From Candidatus Eiseniibacteriota bacterium (lineage in GTDB: Bacteria > Eisenbacteria > RBG-16-71-46), in contig CAVZLN010000003.1 of the NCBI GenBank assembly GCA_963776245.1, positions 288,001-352,000 of the forward strand: a DNA stretch of 64,000 nt, read 5' to 3'. Made by a program: the position numbers and the translations under genes. Below, in pieces: positions 23,111-32,939 of the stretch (the stretch's first letter is position 1; the number at the start of each line of letters is the position of its first letter). The notes beneath the pieces are model-generated. The model searched no databases. It was given only the letters and a program-made list of their open reading frames with translations, and was not told where the DNA came from.

Positions 23111-25003
23111 TCAGCGGGGGCGCGTCGCGCCTTCGCGGGCGAGCATCGTGGACACGAAGCTCAGCAGTTGTCTCGGGGTGAAGGGCTTCGCGAGGAATCC
23201 GGTGCCCTCGGCCAGCGTGACGCCATCCGCACGCAGGTCCTCCGAGTAGCCGGACATGAACGCGATCCGCAGGCCGGGGTGGGTCCGGCGCAGCGTCGCG
23301 GCGAGCGCGGCCCCGCCCAGGCGGGGCATCACCACGTCGGTGAGCAGCAGGTCGGGGACCATCGGTTCGCGCTCGAGGCGCGCGAGCGCCGCCACTCCGT
23401 CGGCCGCCTCCATCACGATGTGGCCGGCCTTGCGCAGCGTGGCGACCACCACCCCGCGGATGAGCTCCTCGTCCTCCACCACCAGGATGACGCCCTGCGG
23501 CACTTCGGGCGGTTCCGCCGCCGGGGCGGTCACTGCGACGCGCTCTCCGGCGCGGGAAAGGGGCAGGAGCACGGTGAATCGCGAGCCCTCTCCCACCCGG
23601 CTCTCCACCAGGACATGTCCCTCGCTCTGTTTGACGATCCCGTAGACGACCGCGAGGCCGAGGCCGGTGCCCTGCCCGGGCCCCTTGGTGGTGAAGAACG
23701 GCTCGAAGATCCGCGACCGGGTCTCCGCGTCCATGCCCACGCCGGTGTCCTGCACCTCGAGCACCGCGAATCGCGAGGGGTCGACCGCACCGTCGCACCG
23801 CGCCGCGTCGGACGGATCCGCGGGCCGGGTGAGGACGCGCATCGTTCCGCCGCCGGGCATCGCGTCGCGGGCGTTCACCACCAGATTGAGGATCACCTGC
23901 TCGATCTGCGAGCGGTCCGCGAGGATCGGGCCCGGCAGGGGATCGAGCGCGAGATCGAGCTGGATGTGCTCGCCCACCAGCTTGCGCAGCAGCCCGAGGG
24001 TCCGGCCGGTCTGTTCGGCGAGATCGAACCCCTCGCGCCGCTGGATCTGCCGGCGGCCATGCGCCAGCAGCTGCCGCACCGTCACGGCGGCGCGTTCGGC
24101 GGCCTCGAGGATGTAGCGCACGCCCTCCTGGTGCGGCGAACCGAGGGGCAGCCCGCGCTGCAGTTCGCCGGCGTATCCGAGGATCACCGTCAGGAGGTTG
24201 TTGAAGTCGTGGGCCACTCCGCCCGCGAGCCGGCCGACCGCCTCGAGCTTGTGCGACTGGACCAGTTCCCGCTGGGTCTCCTCGAGGACCGCGAGGCTGC
24301 TCGCCAGCTGCGCGCTGCGTTCGCGCAGGTCCTCGGTGAGGTTCGCGTTCTCGATCGCCCGGTCCACGTGGTTGGCGAGCAGTTGAAGGAAAGGCAGCTG
24401 GCGCTCGGCGAGGGCATCGAGCCGGGAATAGGTCTGCCGGCGGCGTGCGGCGAAGGCGACGAGCGCGGCCGGCACGCCGGTGCCGTCGTCGCGGAGCGGC
24501 ACGCAGGCGACGTGACCGGTGAACGGCGCCCCGGGCTCGGGCACCATAGCCGGGGCGACCGCACGCATCATCGCGCCGGCGGGCTGGCTGCCATCGTCCG
24601 GCTCGAAGGTGACGAACACCGGTTCGCGCAACGCGTGCAGCCAGTCCAGCGACGCCGCGTCCAGCCGGAGCGGGATGGGAGATTCCACAGCCCGGCCCTG
24701 CGCCGCGAGGAGGGTCACGCCGACGCGCGACGGCTCCAGTCGGACGACCCCGATCCAGTCGAGGGAGAAGGCCCGCGACAGCACGTCGACCGCGCGGGCG
24801 AGGATTCCGGCGGGCGATTCCGTGCCCGAGGACTCGAGCGCGAACCCGGCGAGCGAGCGGATGCGGACGAGTTGCGTGTCGAGCTCGTTCTGGGAGCGCG
24901 AGAGCCGCTGCTCGGTCTGCACCAGCAGCTTGATCTGCTCGTCCAGCGCCCGGGTCTCGCGGCGGAGCCGCTCGAGTTCGTCTTCCTGGGATCGGTCCAC
25001 CAT
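23111..25003 (-). CDS. Hybrid sensor histidine kinase/response regulator (GAF-like, HisKA, HATPase, REC)
   Basis: H box [11 protein letters not shown] box [30 protein letters not shown]; receiver VVEDE, LTDVVMP, KPF. Confidence 0.95.
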   Translation of the reverse strand: MVDRSQEDELERLRRETRALDEQIKLLVQTEQRLSRSQNELDTQLVRIRSLAGFALESSGTESPAGILARAVDVLSRAFSLDWIGVVRLEPSRVGVTLLAAQGRAVESPIPLRLDAASLDWLHALREPVFVTFEPDDGSQPAGAMMRAVAPAMVPEPGAPFTGHVACVPLRDDGTGVPAALVAFAARRRQTYSRLDALAERQLPFLQLLANHVDRAIENANLTEDLRERSAQLASSLAVLEETQRELVQSHKLEAVGRLAGGVAHDFNNLLTVILGYAGELQRGLPLGSPHQEGVRYILEAAERAAVTVRQLLAHGRRQIQRREGFDLAEQTGRTLGLLRKLVGEHIQLDLALDPLPGPILADRSQIEQVILNLVVNARDAMPGGGTMRVLTRPADPSDAARCDGAVDPSRFAVLEVQDTGVGMDAETRSRIFEPFFTTKGPGQGTGLGLAVVYGIVKQSEGHVLVESRVGEGSRFTVLLPLSRAGERVAVTAPAAEPPEVPQGVILVVEDEELIRGVVVATLRKAGHIVMEAADGVAALARLEREPMVPDLLLTDVVMPRLGGAALAATLRRTHPGLRIAFMSGYSEDLRADGVTLAEGTGFLAKPFTPRQLLSFVSTMLAREGATRPR

Positions 25004-25007
25004 GTCC

Positions 25008-26201
25008 TCAGGGCTCGTCGTACAGCGCGCACAGGGCCACGGTGAAGTTGTGGTAGAAGGTCCGCTGGCCGATGGGCGCGATCTCGCCGTAGGTGTGGAA
25101 CCCGAGCCACGGGGTCTCGCCGCCGAACTCCTCCTGCAGCGGCCGCACGATCTGCCCGGCCACGGCGGAGCCGAACAACTGCTTGCCGCGGCCGGCGCAA
25201 TCGAACTGGAGGACCAGGGCGGGTCGCCGGCCCGGGTGCCGTCGCGCGACACGGGACGCGCAGGCGCGCGCGCGGTCGCAGATCCTCACCGGGTCGCGGC
25301 GCGTGAGCCGGACCACCCCGCCGGTGCGCAGTCCCCCTCCCGGGAAGAACAGCGAGCCGGTGGCCTTGTCCAGGCCGAGCGGGGTGTGGATGATGAACGG
25401 CTCGTAGTCCTGCGCGGCATCCGCCGGCAGGGGCTCGCCGATGGACAGGTGGATCGCCGCCTCGGTGTCGAGATCCTCGGGCTGTCCGTCGAGGTATTCC
25501 CGGAACACCTCCCAGGCGGGCCGCCCGTCGAGTTCGTGCAGCCAGGCGCCCTCGGCGCGGGTGACGCGCCGCTCGAGCCCGATCGCGGTGCAGCCGTGGC
25601 TGACCGAGATCTCCATGCTCCCCCGACCGCGGATCAGCAGCGCGGCGACCCCGTCGCTCGTGACCTCGCCATCGTGATACTGGTGCGTGCGCTCGAAGCG
25701 CAGCGCGTCACCCGCCGCGCCGCCGACGACGTGGATCGACGGCGGCAACGACTCGTCGATCGAGCGCAGCAGCTCGCCGCAGTTGCCGAGCAGGCCATCG
25801 GGGAACACCAGCAGTCCGATCTCGTCGCCCCGCGAGACCGCCCGCACCTGGCGGACCAGTTCGGCGCCCGCGGCGGCCGAGTCCGTCGCGTAGTCACGCA
25901 CCAGAAAGGTCTCGAACGAGAAGGTGTCCGAGTGCATCGCCAGCACCGCGACCGAGTGGTCGGTCTCGTCCGAGACCGGACCGGCGATGACCCCTTCGGC
26001 GGAGCAGCCGCACAGCCGCGCGCCGGGCAGGGTCTCCCGGATGCCCGCGAGCAGCGCGGCCTGGTCGTGCCCCGAGGTCGCGAACACCAGGCCGAGGTCG
26101 GCGGTGCGGGTGAGCGCCCGGACGGCCTCGCCCGCCGCCTGCCGGCCCGCGTCGCCGGAGTCCCGGATCGTGCTCATGCCGATTCCTGCCGCTGTCGCCA
26201 C
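25008..26201 (-). CDS. FIST N/C domain sensor protein (NosP-like)
   Basis: GTG 26201 after GAGGTG; GCSAEG, VGGAAGD, SHGC, FDCAGRG, GFHTYGEI, YHNFT. Confidence 0.9.
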   Translation of the reverse strand: MATAAGIGMSTIRDSGDAGRQAAGEAVRALTRTADLGLVFATSGHDQAALLAGIRETLPGARLCGCSAEGVIAGPVSDETDHSVAVLAMHSDTFSFETFLVRDYATDSAAAGAELVRQVRAVSRGDEIGLLVFPDGLLGNCGELLRSIDESLPPSIHVVGGAAGDALRFERTHQYHDGEVTSDGVAALLIRGRGSMEISVSHGCTAIGLERRVTRAEGAWLHELDGRPAWEVFREYLDGQPEDLDTEAAIHLSIGEPLPADAAQDYEPFIIHTPLGLDKATGSLFFPGGGLRTGGVVRLTRRDPVRICDRARACASRVARRHPGRRPALVLQFDCAGRGKQLFGSAVAGQIVRPLQEEFGGETPWLGFHTYGEIAPIGQRTFYHNFTVALCALYDEP

Positions 26202-26426
26202 AGGTGCACCTCGCGTCGGACCAGCCTCGAATGGACGTTCCTGAACGGGTACGGTGTCCCCCGGTGACCCGGCGGGAGTGGAGGGTCGCGAAGCGGCACG
26301 GGCGAGAGCGCTCCCGGACATCACCGTAACAGGTCATCGGCACATCGGGGATCGGAATCGAGCAGAATGCCGCATCCCGGCCGGCCGTCGGCCGCGGCCC
26401 GGGACGCGCCCGGCCCCCGCGAAAGC

Positions 26427-28163
26427 TCAGCCGGATGGCCCGCGATCGCGGGGGCGGGGCGCCCAGGATTCCTCGAGCAGCGCGCGCCGCAGCTCCGCGC
26501 TCACCGTCGCGCCGTCCGCCTGCCCGGCCTCTCTCGGGTGGCGCAGGAGCTGGTGGCCGCGCGTGATGCGCCCGTCCACCCAGGTCAGGAAGCGATGGTG
26601 CGCTCCCGGCGCGACGTGCACCACGTACAGGTGCCACACCAGCACCACACCGATGGCGAGCAGCGCTTCGTCGCTGTGCGCGAGGAACGCCAGGGCGATG
26701 GCGAGGTCGGGCAGACGCCCGCCGAGCGCGACCGGGAACCACAGCACCAGCCCGGACGACGCCATCACCGGCAGGCCCCAGGCCACGGCGAGATAGTGGA
26801 GCTTGTTGCGGGTGTCGAACCTGCCGCTCGCGGGCGGGAGCGCACGGCGACCGAGGAGGAACATCGCCAGTTCCCATGCTTCGTGCCCATCGCCGCGGCC
26901 GGGCAACAGGCGCCACGCGCGCGCGGCGTCGTAGCGGGAACGCGCCAGCAGCACGGCCGCGTACCCCAGATGTCCGAGCCCGGTCGCGATCAGGATCACC
27001 GCGGCGGCGCGATGGAGCGTTCGCGCGACGGTCAGGCCGCCGAGCAGGCCATAGACCCGGGCCGCGACCTCCGCGTCCGGGAAACGCAGCGGCAGCCCGG
27101 TGCAGGCGAGCACCACGAAGGCGACCGCCAGCGCCCCATGCTGCGCGCGCTGGGCCACCGACAGCCGCGCGATCAGCGGCGCCTCGGCCGCCACCGCGCG
27201 GGGCGCGAGCGGGCGCCGGCCACCCGCCCGGGCTGCCGCGAGCCGGCGCGCGGCATCGAGCACGATGTCCCCCAGCGCCACCAGCGACACCAGCCACGTG
27301 AGCGCCCACAGAAAGCGTCCCGCGAGCCACAGCACGGGCTCGCGCCGGGCGCGCAGGTCGAGATGATTGGCGCCCGACATCGCGAACACGCCCGTCGCCC
27401 CTTTATGGCAGTCCTTCTGACCGCAGGTCTTCACCACGCCCGCGGCGCCGACGGTGGAGGCCGTGCTATCGGGCGAGAGCACGCGATGCACGGCATGGCA
27501 GTCCTGGCAGACCGCGGTCTTCGTGGAGCCGAACCGGACGGCCTGATAGTGGAACGAGCGCCGATAGGAGGACACCGCCTCCGCGTCCACGCGGTTCCTC
27601 GCCATCCGGACACGGTCCTCGTGGCAGTCCGCGCACAGCCGCATCCGGTCCCGGGGCCCCAGTGTGCGCCGGGGACTGGCGATCGCGTGCGGACGGCCCG
27701 CGCCATGACACGTCACGCAGGTGGGCGAATCGGCGCTCGTGCCGAGGAGGCCCTTGCGATGCGCGCCCGCCAGAAAGTCCGCGACCTGCGTCCGATGCGA
27801 GACCGGCTTGCCCTCGATGTCGGTGGCGTGACAGTCGGCGTCGCACGACACCTTTGCCCGCCGCCCGCGGTCGAACGTGTGCGGGTACGCGCGCACGTCC
27901 GGGTGGCACTGGGTGCACTCGAGCGAGCCGTGCACCGACAGCACGTGCGCGCGCGTGTCCACGCTCAGGTCGCGCAGGGTCGAGGTGAGGCTGTCGCGGT
28001 CGAGGAAGTTCGGGAGCCCGTGGCAATTCAGGCAGCGCGCGAGTTCGTGCGGGCCGAAGGTGAGCGGCGGGAAGGGCACCGGCGCCCGCGCCGCGGCGGC
28101 CCCGGGCAGGGCCAACACCAGCACCAGCGCCACCGACGCCCCTCGGGGCGCTCGCCCATGCAT
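26427..28163 (-). CDS. Multiheme cytochrome c fused to a cytochrome b (FdnI/HydC-like) domain, CbcL-like
   Basis: Signal peptide; CLNCH, CTQCH, CVTCH, CADCH, CQDCH plus CDADCH and CGQKDCH; TM domain with QH, LHR..GH, AHSDEA..WHLY. Confidence 0.9.
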   Translation of the reverse strand: MHGRAPRGASVALVLVLALPGAAAARAPVPFPPLTFGPHELARCLNCHGLPNFLDRDSLTSTLRDLSVDTRAHVLSVHGSLECTQCHPDVRAYPHTFDRGRRAKVSCDADCHATDIEGKPVSHRTQVADFLAGAHRKGLLGTSADSPTCVTCHGAGRPHAIASPRRTLGPRDRMRLCADCHEDRVRMARNRVDAEAVSSYRRSFHYQAVRFGSTKTAVCQDCHAVHRVLSPDSTASTVGAAGVVKTCGQKDCHKGATGVFAMSGANHLDLRARREPVLWLAGRFLWALTWLVSLVALGDIVLDAARRLAAARAGGRRPLAPRAVAAEAPLIARLSVAQRAQHGALAVAFVVLACTGLPLRFPDAEVAARVYGLLGGLTVARTLHRAAAVILIATGLGHLGYAAVLLARSRYDAARAWRLLPGRGDGHEAWELAMFLLGRRALPPASGRFDTRNKLHYLAVAWGLPVMASSGLVLWFPVALGGRLPDLAIALAFLAHSDEALLAIGVVLVWHLYVVHVAPGAHHRFLTWVDGRITRGHQLLRHPREAGQADGATVSAELRRALLEESWAPRPRDRGPSG

Positions 28164-28381
28164 CGCGACCCACCGCGCGAGCTCGGGGCGCGGCGCGCGG
28201 GACGGAGGGGGTCGCTCGCGCGTCGGGTCCGCCCGCGACTGGGAGTCGCACGGCCCGCGTTCGCCGCCATCCTAGCGGGACCGGCGGGGTGCGCGCGAAT
28301 GCGCCGCCGGGGTGGCGCCGGCGCTGGAACGGTCCCGTCCCGCGCCGCCCCTCACGGCGCGCCGGCGCCGGGCACTGGGCC

Positions 28382-28831
28382 TCAGCCCGCGGCGGGGACG
28401 CGCCGGTAGAAGTCCGGCACCCAGCGCTCCATGAAGCGCTCGGGGCCCTGCAGCGGCGCGAACCCCACCTTCTCGTAGAGCCGGTGCGCATCGCGCGTGG
28501 CGAGGATCCAGCGACGCAGCCCCTGCAGCTCGGGATGCGCGGTGACGACGCGCATCAGCCACACCGACAGCCCGCGACCCCGGTAGGACTCGAGCACGAA
28601 CACGTCCGCCACCCACGCGAAGGTGGCGCGGTCGCTCACCACCCGCGCGAACCCCACCTGTCGCGACCCGTGCCAGAGGCTGAAGGGAAGCGAACCGAGC
28701 ACCGCGCGCTCGACCACCTCCCGCGGGATCCCCTCGCACCAGTACGCGTCCTTCAGGACGGCGTGCACCGCGTCCACGTCCACTCGCGCCGGGTCGGTGG
28801 TGATGACGAACTCCCCCTGCGTCCATTCCAT
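28382..28831 (-). CDS. GNAT family N-acetyltransferase
   Basis: QVGFARVVSD, DVFVLESYRGRGL, LATRDAHRLYEKVGF. Confidence 0.9.
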   Translation of the reverse strand: MEWTQGEFVITTDPARVDVDAVHAVLKDAYWCEGIPREVVERAVLGSLPFSLWHGSRQVGFARVVSDRATFAWVADVFVLESYRGRGLSVWLMRVVTAHPELQGLRRWILATRDAHRLYEKVGFAPLQGPERFMERWVPDFYRRVPAAG

Positions 28832-28913
28832 CGCAGCCCTCCTTCGCCCGGAAACGCGCGGGGCGCCCCGAAGGACGCCCCGTGCCTCTCCATCCCGTCG
28901 CCGGCGGACGGCG

Positions 28914-30389
28914 CTATCGCGTGCCCGTCGTGTCGGCCGGCGCGCCCTCGTCCTTCAGCAGGAAGCGCCGCTTCTCGCGCTCGACCTTGAGCGCCTCGGT
29001 ATTCAGCACCTTGAACTCGACGCGACGGTTCTTCGCGCGCCCGAGCTCGGTGGTGTTCGGTGCCACCGGCACCTTCGGACCGTAGCCCTTGGCGGTGAAC
29101 TGGGACGGGCTGATGAGCGGGAACGTGTTGCGGACGTAGATCAGCACCGAGTCCGCGCGCATCTGCGAGAGCGTCTCGTTCAGCGCCGGTTTGCCGCGGC
29201 CGTCGGTATGTCCGCCGATCTCGATCTGGAGCGCCGGGTACTGCTGCAGGATCCTCCCGACCTCGTCGAGCACCGGGAAGGACTCGGGCTTCAACGACGC
29301 CTTGCCGGTGTCGAAGTTGATGTTCTGCAGGCGGATCATGCCGGTGTCGAGGAGCTCGGTCTCGCGCTCGCTGATCTCGATCGGGCAGCCGTTGGCGTCC
29401 ACCTTGAGGCCGGCCGGCGTGTTGTCGCACTGGTCGAGGCCATCGCATACGCCGTCCCCGTCGCTGTCGATCGGACAGCCGGTGGCGTCCACCTTGCAGC
29501 CCCGCGGGGTGTCCGGGCACTTGTCGAGACCGTCGAACACGCCGTCGCCGTCGCCGTCGATCGGACAGCCCTTGGCGTCCACGGTGGCGCCCTTGGGGGT
29601 GTCGGGGCACTGGTCCAGGCCGTCACACACACCATCGCCGTCGGAATCCACCGAGCACCCGGTCTTGTCCACCACGCACCCGCGCGGGGTGTCCGGGCAC
29701 TTGTCGAGACCGTCGAACACCTTGTCGCCGTCGGTGTCGAGCGGGCAGCCGTGGGCGTCCACCTTCGCGCCGAGCGGGGTCTCGGGACACCGGTCGAGCC
29801 AGTCGCGCACGCCGTCGAGATCGGAGTCCCGCGGCTTGCCGAACAGGTTCCACTGCAGGCCAGCGGTGGCCATCCAGTGATTGCTGAACTCGAGGGCGTG
29901 GCGCTCGCGGAACATCACGTCGCGCACCTGCAGCCGCAGGTAGGTGCGGGGCGTGAGCGCGCTCACCAGCACGCCCATCCCGAGGGTCGGCGCGCCGCGC
30001 TCGAGCTTCGCGGAGACGGCGCCCTCCTGGTGACTCAGGCCGTACCCGAAGCCGGTGAGCACGAACGGCACGATGCGCTGGTCGGCCGGTCGCAGGTTCC
30101 AGCGCAGGTCGAGACCGGCGGTGGAGAAGTTGTGCGTGGGCGAGCCCAGCGTGTCGTCCTTGGTGGGGCCGAACGAGGCGTGGCCCTCGAGGGTGAACCA
30201 CGACTGGGTCCGCCAGCCGAGCGCGCCATAGGAGGCGAATCCGTCCTGCATCCGTGCGCGTCCATCAGGGCTGAAGATGCCGGCGCCGCCGGAGAGCTCG
30301 AGCGGCCGCCCGATGATCTGCGCCTGGGACGGGACGGCGAGCAGAGCCAGCAGGGCGAGGAGTGGGAACGCACGCTTCGAGACGGCCAT
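28914..30389 (-). CDS. OmpA/OprF-like protein: beta-barrel, five TSP3-type repeats, OmpA_C domain
   Basis: Start MAVSKRAFPLL after AGGAGG; barrel strands; DxDxDGVxDxxDxCPxTP repeats; INFDTGKA, IGGHTD, NRRVEF. Confidence 0.92.
   Translation of the reverse strand: MAVSKRAFPLLALLALLAVPSQAQIIGRPLELSGGAGIFSPDGRARMQDGFASYGALGWRTQSWFTLEGHASFGPTKDDTLGSPTHNFSTAGLDLRWNLRPADQRIVPFVLTGFGYGLSHQEGAVSAKLERGAPTLGMGVLVSALTPRTYLRLQVRDVMFRERHALEFSNHWMATAGLQWNLFGKPRDSDLDGVRDWLDRCPETPLGAKVDAHGCPLDTDGDKVFDGLDKCPDTPRGCVVDKTGCSVDSDGDGVCDGLDQCPDTPKGATVDAKGCPIDGDGDGVFDGLDKCPDTPRGCKVDATGCPIDSDGDGVCDGLDQCDNTPAGLKVDANGCPIEISERETELLDTGMIRLQNINFDTGKASLKPESFPVLDEVGRILQQYPALQIEIGGHTDGRGKPALNETLSQMRADSVLIYVRNTFPLISPSQFTAKGYGPKVPVAPNTTELGRAKNRRVEFKVLNTEALKVEREKRRFLLKDEGAPADTTGTR
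29379..29828 (-). repeat. Five tandem 90-nt (30-aa) Ca-binding TSP3-type repeats within ompA
   Basis: Units such as DTDGDKVFDGLDKCPDTPRGCVVDKTGCSV and DGDGDGVFDGLDKCPDTPRGCKVDATGCPI; the DNA repeat gtccgggcacttgtcgagaccgtcgaacac recurs 180 nt apart. Confidence 0.9.
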
Positions 30390-30524
30390 GCGGGACGGAC
30401 CTCCTTGATCGTGACACGGGAGTGAAGCCGGCCCGGCGGCCCAGAGGCGCCTGCTCGACGCGACGCGGAGGAATGCCCGAGCGCGCCGGCGGGCCCGGGA
30501 GTCGCCAGGCAGAATGACCGTTAA

Positions 30525-30553
30525 GTGGTAGCATCGGCGCCAGCGCAGGTCAA
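30525..30553 (-). promoter_or_regulatory. Putative sigma70 promoter for ompA
   Basis: Minus strand TTGACC-N17-TACCAC with TG just upstream of the -10. Confidence 0.45.
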
Positions 30554-30662
30554 TCGGCCCGCGGACCCGCGCGGGCGAGCCCGCGCGGAGCGCCGGGACC
30601 GCCACCACGGCCGGACCGCGCACGCCACGGATGCCGTCCCGACCCGAGAGGATGCCGGACCG

Positions 30663-31139
30663 ATGATCACCAAGGAACAGCGCGAGAAGCTCGTCCAGCA
30701 GTACGCCCACGGCTACGACGAGGTGGCCAAGGCGCTCAAGGGATTCCCCGCCGATGCCATGGTGCAGCACCCGTTCCCGGGCAAGTGGAGCGCCCGCGAG
30801 ATCGTGCACCACCTCGCCGACAGCGAGACCATCAGCGTCGGACGGCTGCGCATGCTGCTCACCCAGGAGTATCCGGTCATCCACGGCTACGACCAGGAGA
30901 TGTACGCCGTGCTGCTGCGCTACAACACGCGCGATCACGCGCCGGCGCTCGAGGCGTTCCGGGTCGCCCGCGAGCTCGGGATGCAGCTCATCGGCCTGAT
31001 GGGCGAGGACGACTGGAAGCGCTCGGGCTGGCACTCCGAGAGCGGGCTCTACAAGGCGACCCGCTGGCTCGAGATCTACGCCGGGCACGCGCACAACCAC
31101 GCGCAACAGATCGCACGCCTGCGCGAACACCTGAAGTAG
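30663..31139 (+). CDS. DinB/YfiT family metal-dependent protein
   Basis: GKWSAREIVHHLADSE, YDQE, HAHNHAQQI. Confidence 0.88.
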   Translation: MITKEQREKLVQQYAHGYDEVAKALKGFPADAMVQHPFPGKWSAREIVHHLADSETISVGRLRMLLTQEYPVIHGYDQEMYAVLLRYNTRDHAPALEAFRVARELGMQLIGLMGEDDWKRSGWHSESGLYKATRWLEIYAGHAHNHAQQIARLREHLK

Positions 31140-31150
31140 CGGCGGGCGGC

Positions 31151-32068
31151 GTGATCTGGCGCTGTCGCGAGCGCGTCTTCGAGACGGCGGACCGGACGCT
31201 GCTCATGGGCGTGGTGAACGTGACGCCCGACTCGTTCTCGGACGGCGGCCGATTCCTCGACCCGGCCGCGGCGATCGCCCACGCCCGCCGGCTGGCGGAC
31301 GAGGGCGCCGACCTGATCGACCTGGGCGCGGAGAGCACGCGCCCGGGAGCCGCCCCGGTGCCGGCCGAGGAACAGGTGCGCCGGCTGGCCCCGGTGGTCG
31401 AGGCGCTGGCGCGCGAGTCGCGCGCCTGCCTGTCCATCGACACCGCCGACGCCCGCGTCGCGGAGCGCATGCTCGATCGGGGCGCGCACGTCGTGAACGA
31501 CGTGTCCGCGCTCGCCGACCCGCGCATGGCGGGAGTGGTGGCGCAGCGCGGCGGCGGGCTCGTGCTGATGCACATGCAGGCCACGCCGCGCACCATGCAG
31601 GAGGATCCGCGCTACGACGACGCGGCCCGCGAGGTGCGCGCGTTCCTCGCCGCGCGCCTCGCGGTCGCCACCGCCGCCGGGGTCACCGCCGACCGCGTGG
31701 CGCTCGACCCCGGCATCGGCTTCGGCAAGACGGTGCGCCACAATCTCGAGCTGCTCGCGCGCCTCGACGAGCTGGCCGCGCTCGGCCGGCCGCTGGTGAT
31801 CGGGGTGTCGCGCAAGCGCTTCCTCGGCGTTCTCCTCGACGACCTGCCGACCGACCAGCGGCTCGAGGGCGGCCTCGCCGCCGCGGCCATCGCCGTGCAC
31901 CTCGGCGCGCACGTGGTGCGCACCCACGACGTGCGCGCCACCGCGCGAGCGGTGCGCGTGGCCGCGGCGATCGCCGGGGCGCGGCGGCCGGCCGCGGCCG
32001 ACGTGCGGCCGGGGGACGAAGCGCGCGGCGCGGGCTCGCGCCCCGCCCCTCCCGCGCCTGCACCGTAG
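31151..32068 (+). CDS. folP: Dihydropteroate synthase
   Basis: MGVVNVTPDSFSDGG, GAESTRPGA, DPGIGFGKT, SRKRF, RTHDV. Confidence 0.97.
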   Translation: MIWRCRERVFETADRTLLMGVVNVTPDSFSDGGRFLDPAAAIAHARRLADEGADLIDLGAESTRPGAAPVPAEEQVRRLAPVVEALARESRACLSIDTADARVAERMLDRGAHVVNDVSALADPRMAGVVAQRGGGLVLMHMQATPRTMQEDPRYDDAAREVRAFLAARLAVATAAGVTADRVALDPGIGFGKTVRHNLELLARLDELAALGRPLVIGVSRKRFLGVLLDDLPTDQRLEGGLAAAAIAVHLGAHVVRTHDVRATARAVRVAAAIAGARRPAAADVRPGDEARGAGSRPAPPAPAP

Positions 32069-32104
32069 GACGCCCCCGGACCTTCTGCTAGAGTCGCCCG
32101 CACG

Positions 32105-32920
32105 ATGATGGCTCCGGTCCACCAGATGTGGGTCCTCGACCTGCTCGACATCTTCCTGGTCGCGGTGCTCTTCTACCGGTTGCTGATCCTGGTGAAAGGC
32201 ACGCGCTCGGCGCAGATGTACGTCGGGCTGCTCGTCCTCGTGGTGGTGGGCGTGGTCGCGCGCGAGCTCGACCTGATCGCCGTGAAGTGGATCACCGACA
32301 GCCTCAAGACGGTGTGGCTGATCGCGTTCGTGATCCTGTTCCAGCCCGAGCTGCGCCACGCCCTCGCGCAGTTCGGCCGCACGCGCTACGTCCGCTCGTT
32401 CCTGCGCTCCGGCACCTATGGCGTGCTGGGCGAGGTGGTGCGCGGCGTGGAGACGCTGGCCGAGCGCCACCAGGGCGCGCTGATCGTCATCGAGCGCAAC
32501 GTCGGACTGCGCAATTTCGTCGAGACCGGCACACGCATCGACGCCAAGATCTCGGCCGAGCTGCTGGTCACGCTGTTCAGCCCCGGCTCGCCGCTCCACG
32601 ACGGCGCGCTCATCCTGCGCGAGGACACGGTGGTCGCCGCGGGCTGCATCCTGCCGCTCTCCGCCAATCCACTGCTGGCGGGCACGCTCGGCACGCGCCA
32701 TCGCGCGGCGCTCGGGCTCTCCGAGGAGGCCGACGCGGCCGTCGTGGTGGTCAGCGAGCAGAGCGGCGCCATCTCGGTGGCCTACCGCGGCACCCTGAGA
32801 CAGCGCCTCGACGAGGGCGCGCTGCGTTCGGAGCTGTCGCGCATCTTCCGACTGCGCCCCGAGGACGAGCCCGCGCTGACCGGCGGTCCGATCGCCCCGA
32901 CCGAGCGGGTCACGGACTGA
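32105..32920 (+). CDS. cdaA: Membrane diadenylate cyclase CdaA (DacA)
   Basis: Three N-terminal TMs, FQPELR, PLHDGA, GTRHRAALG, VSE; extended -10 TGCTAGAGT just upstream. Confidence 0.95.
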   Translation: MMAPVHQMWVLDLLDIFLVAVLFYRLLILVKGTRSAQMYVGLLVLVVVGVVARELDLIAVKWITDSLKTVWLIAFVILFQPELRHALAQFGRTRYVRSFLRSGTYGVLGEVVRGVETLAERHQGALIVIERNVGLRNFVETGTRIDAKISAELLVTLFSPGSPLHDGALILREDTVVAAGCILPLSANPLLAGTLGTRHRAALGLSEEADAAVVVVSEQSGAISVAYRGTLRQRLDEGALRSELSRIFRLRPEDEPALTGGPIAPTERVTD

Positions 32921-32939
32921 GCGGCAGGGTGGGACGTCG

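Noticed and set aside
29379..29828. CRISPR-like or non-coding repeat array
   Set aside because: The repeats are in-frame 90-nt coding units with no repeat-spacer structure; no cas genes in the window.
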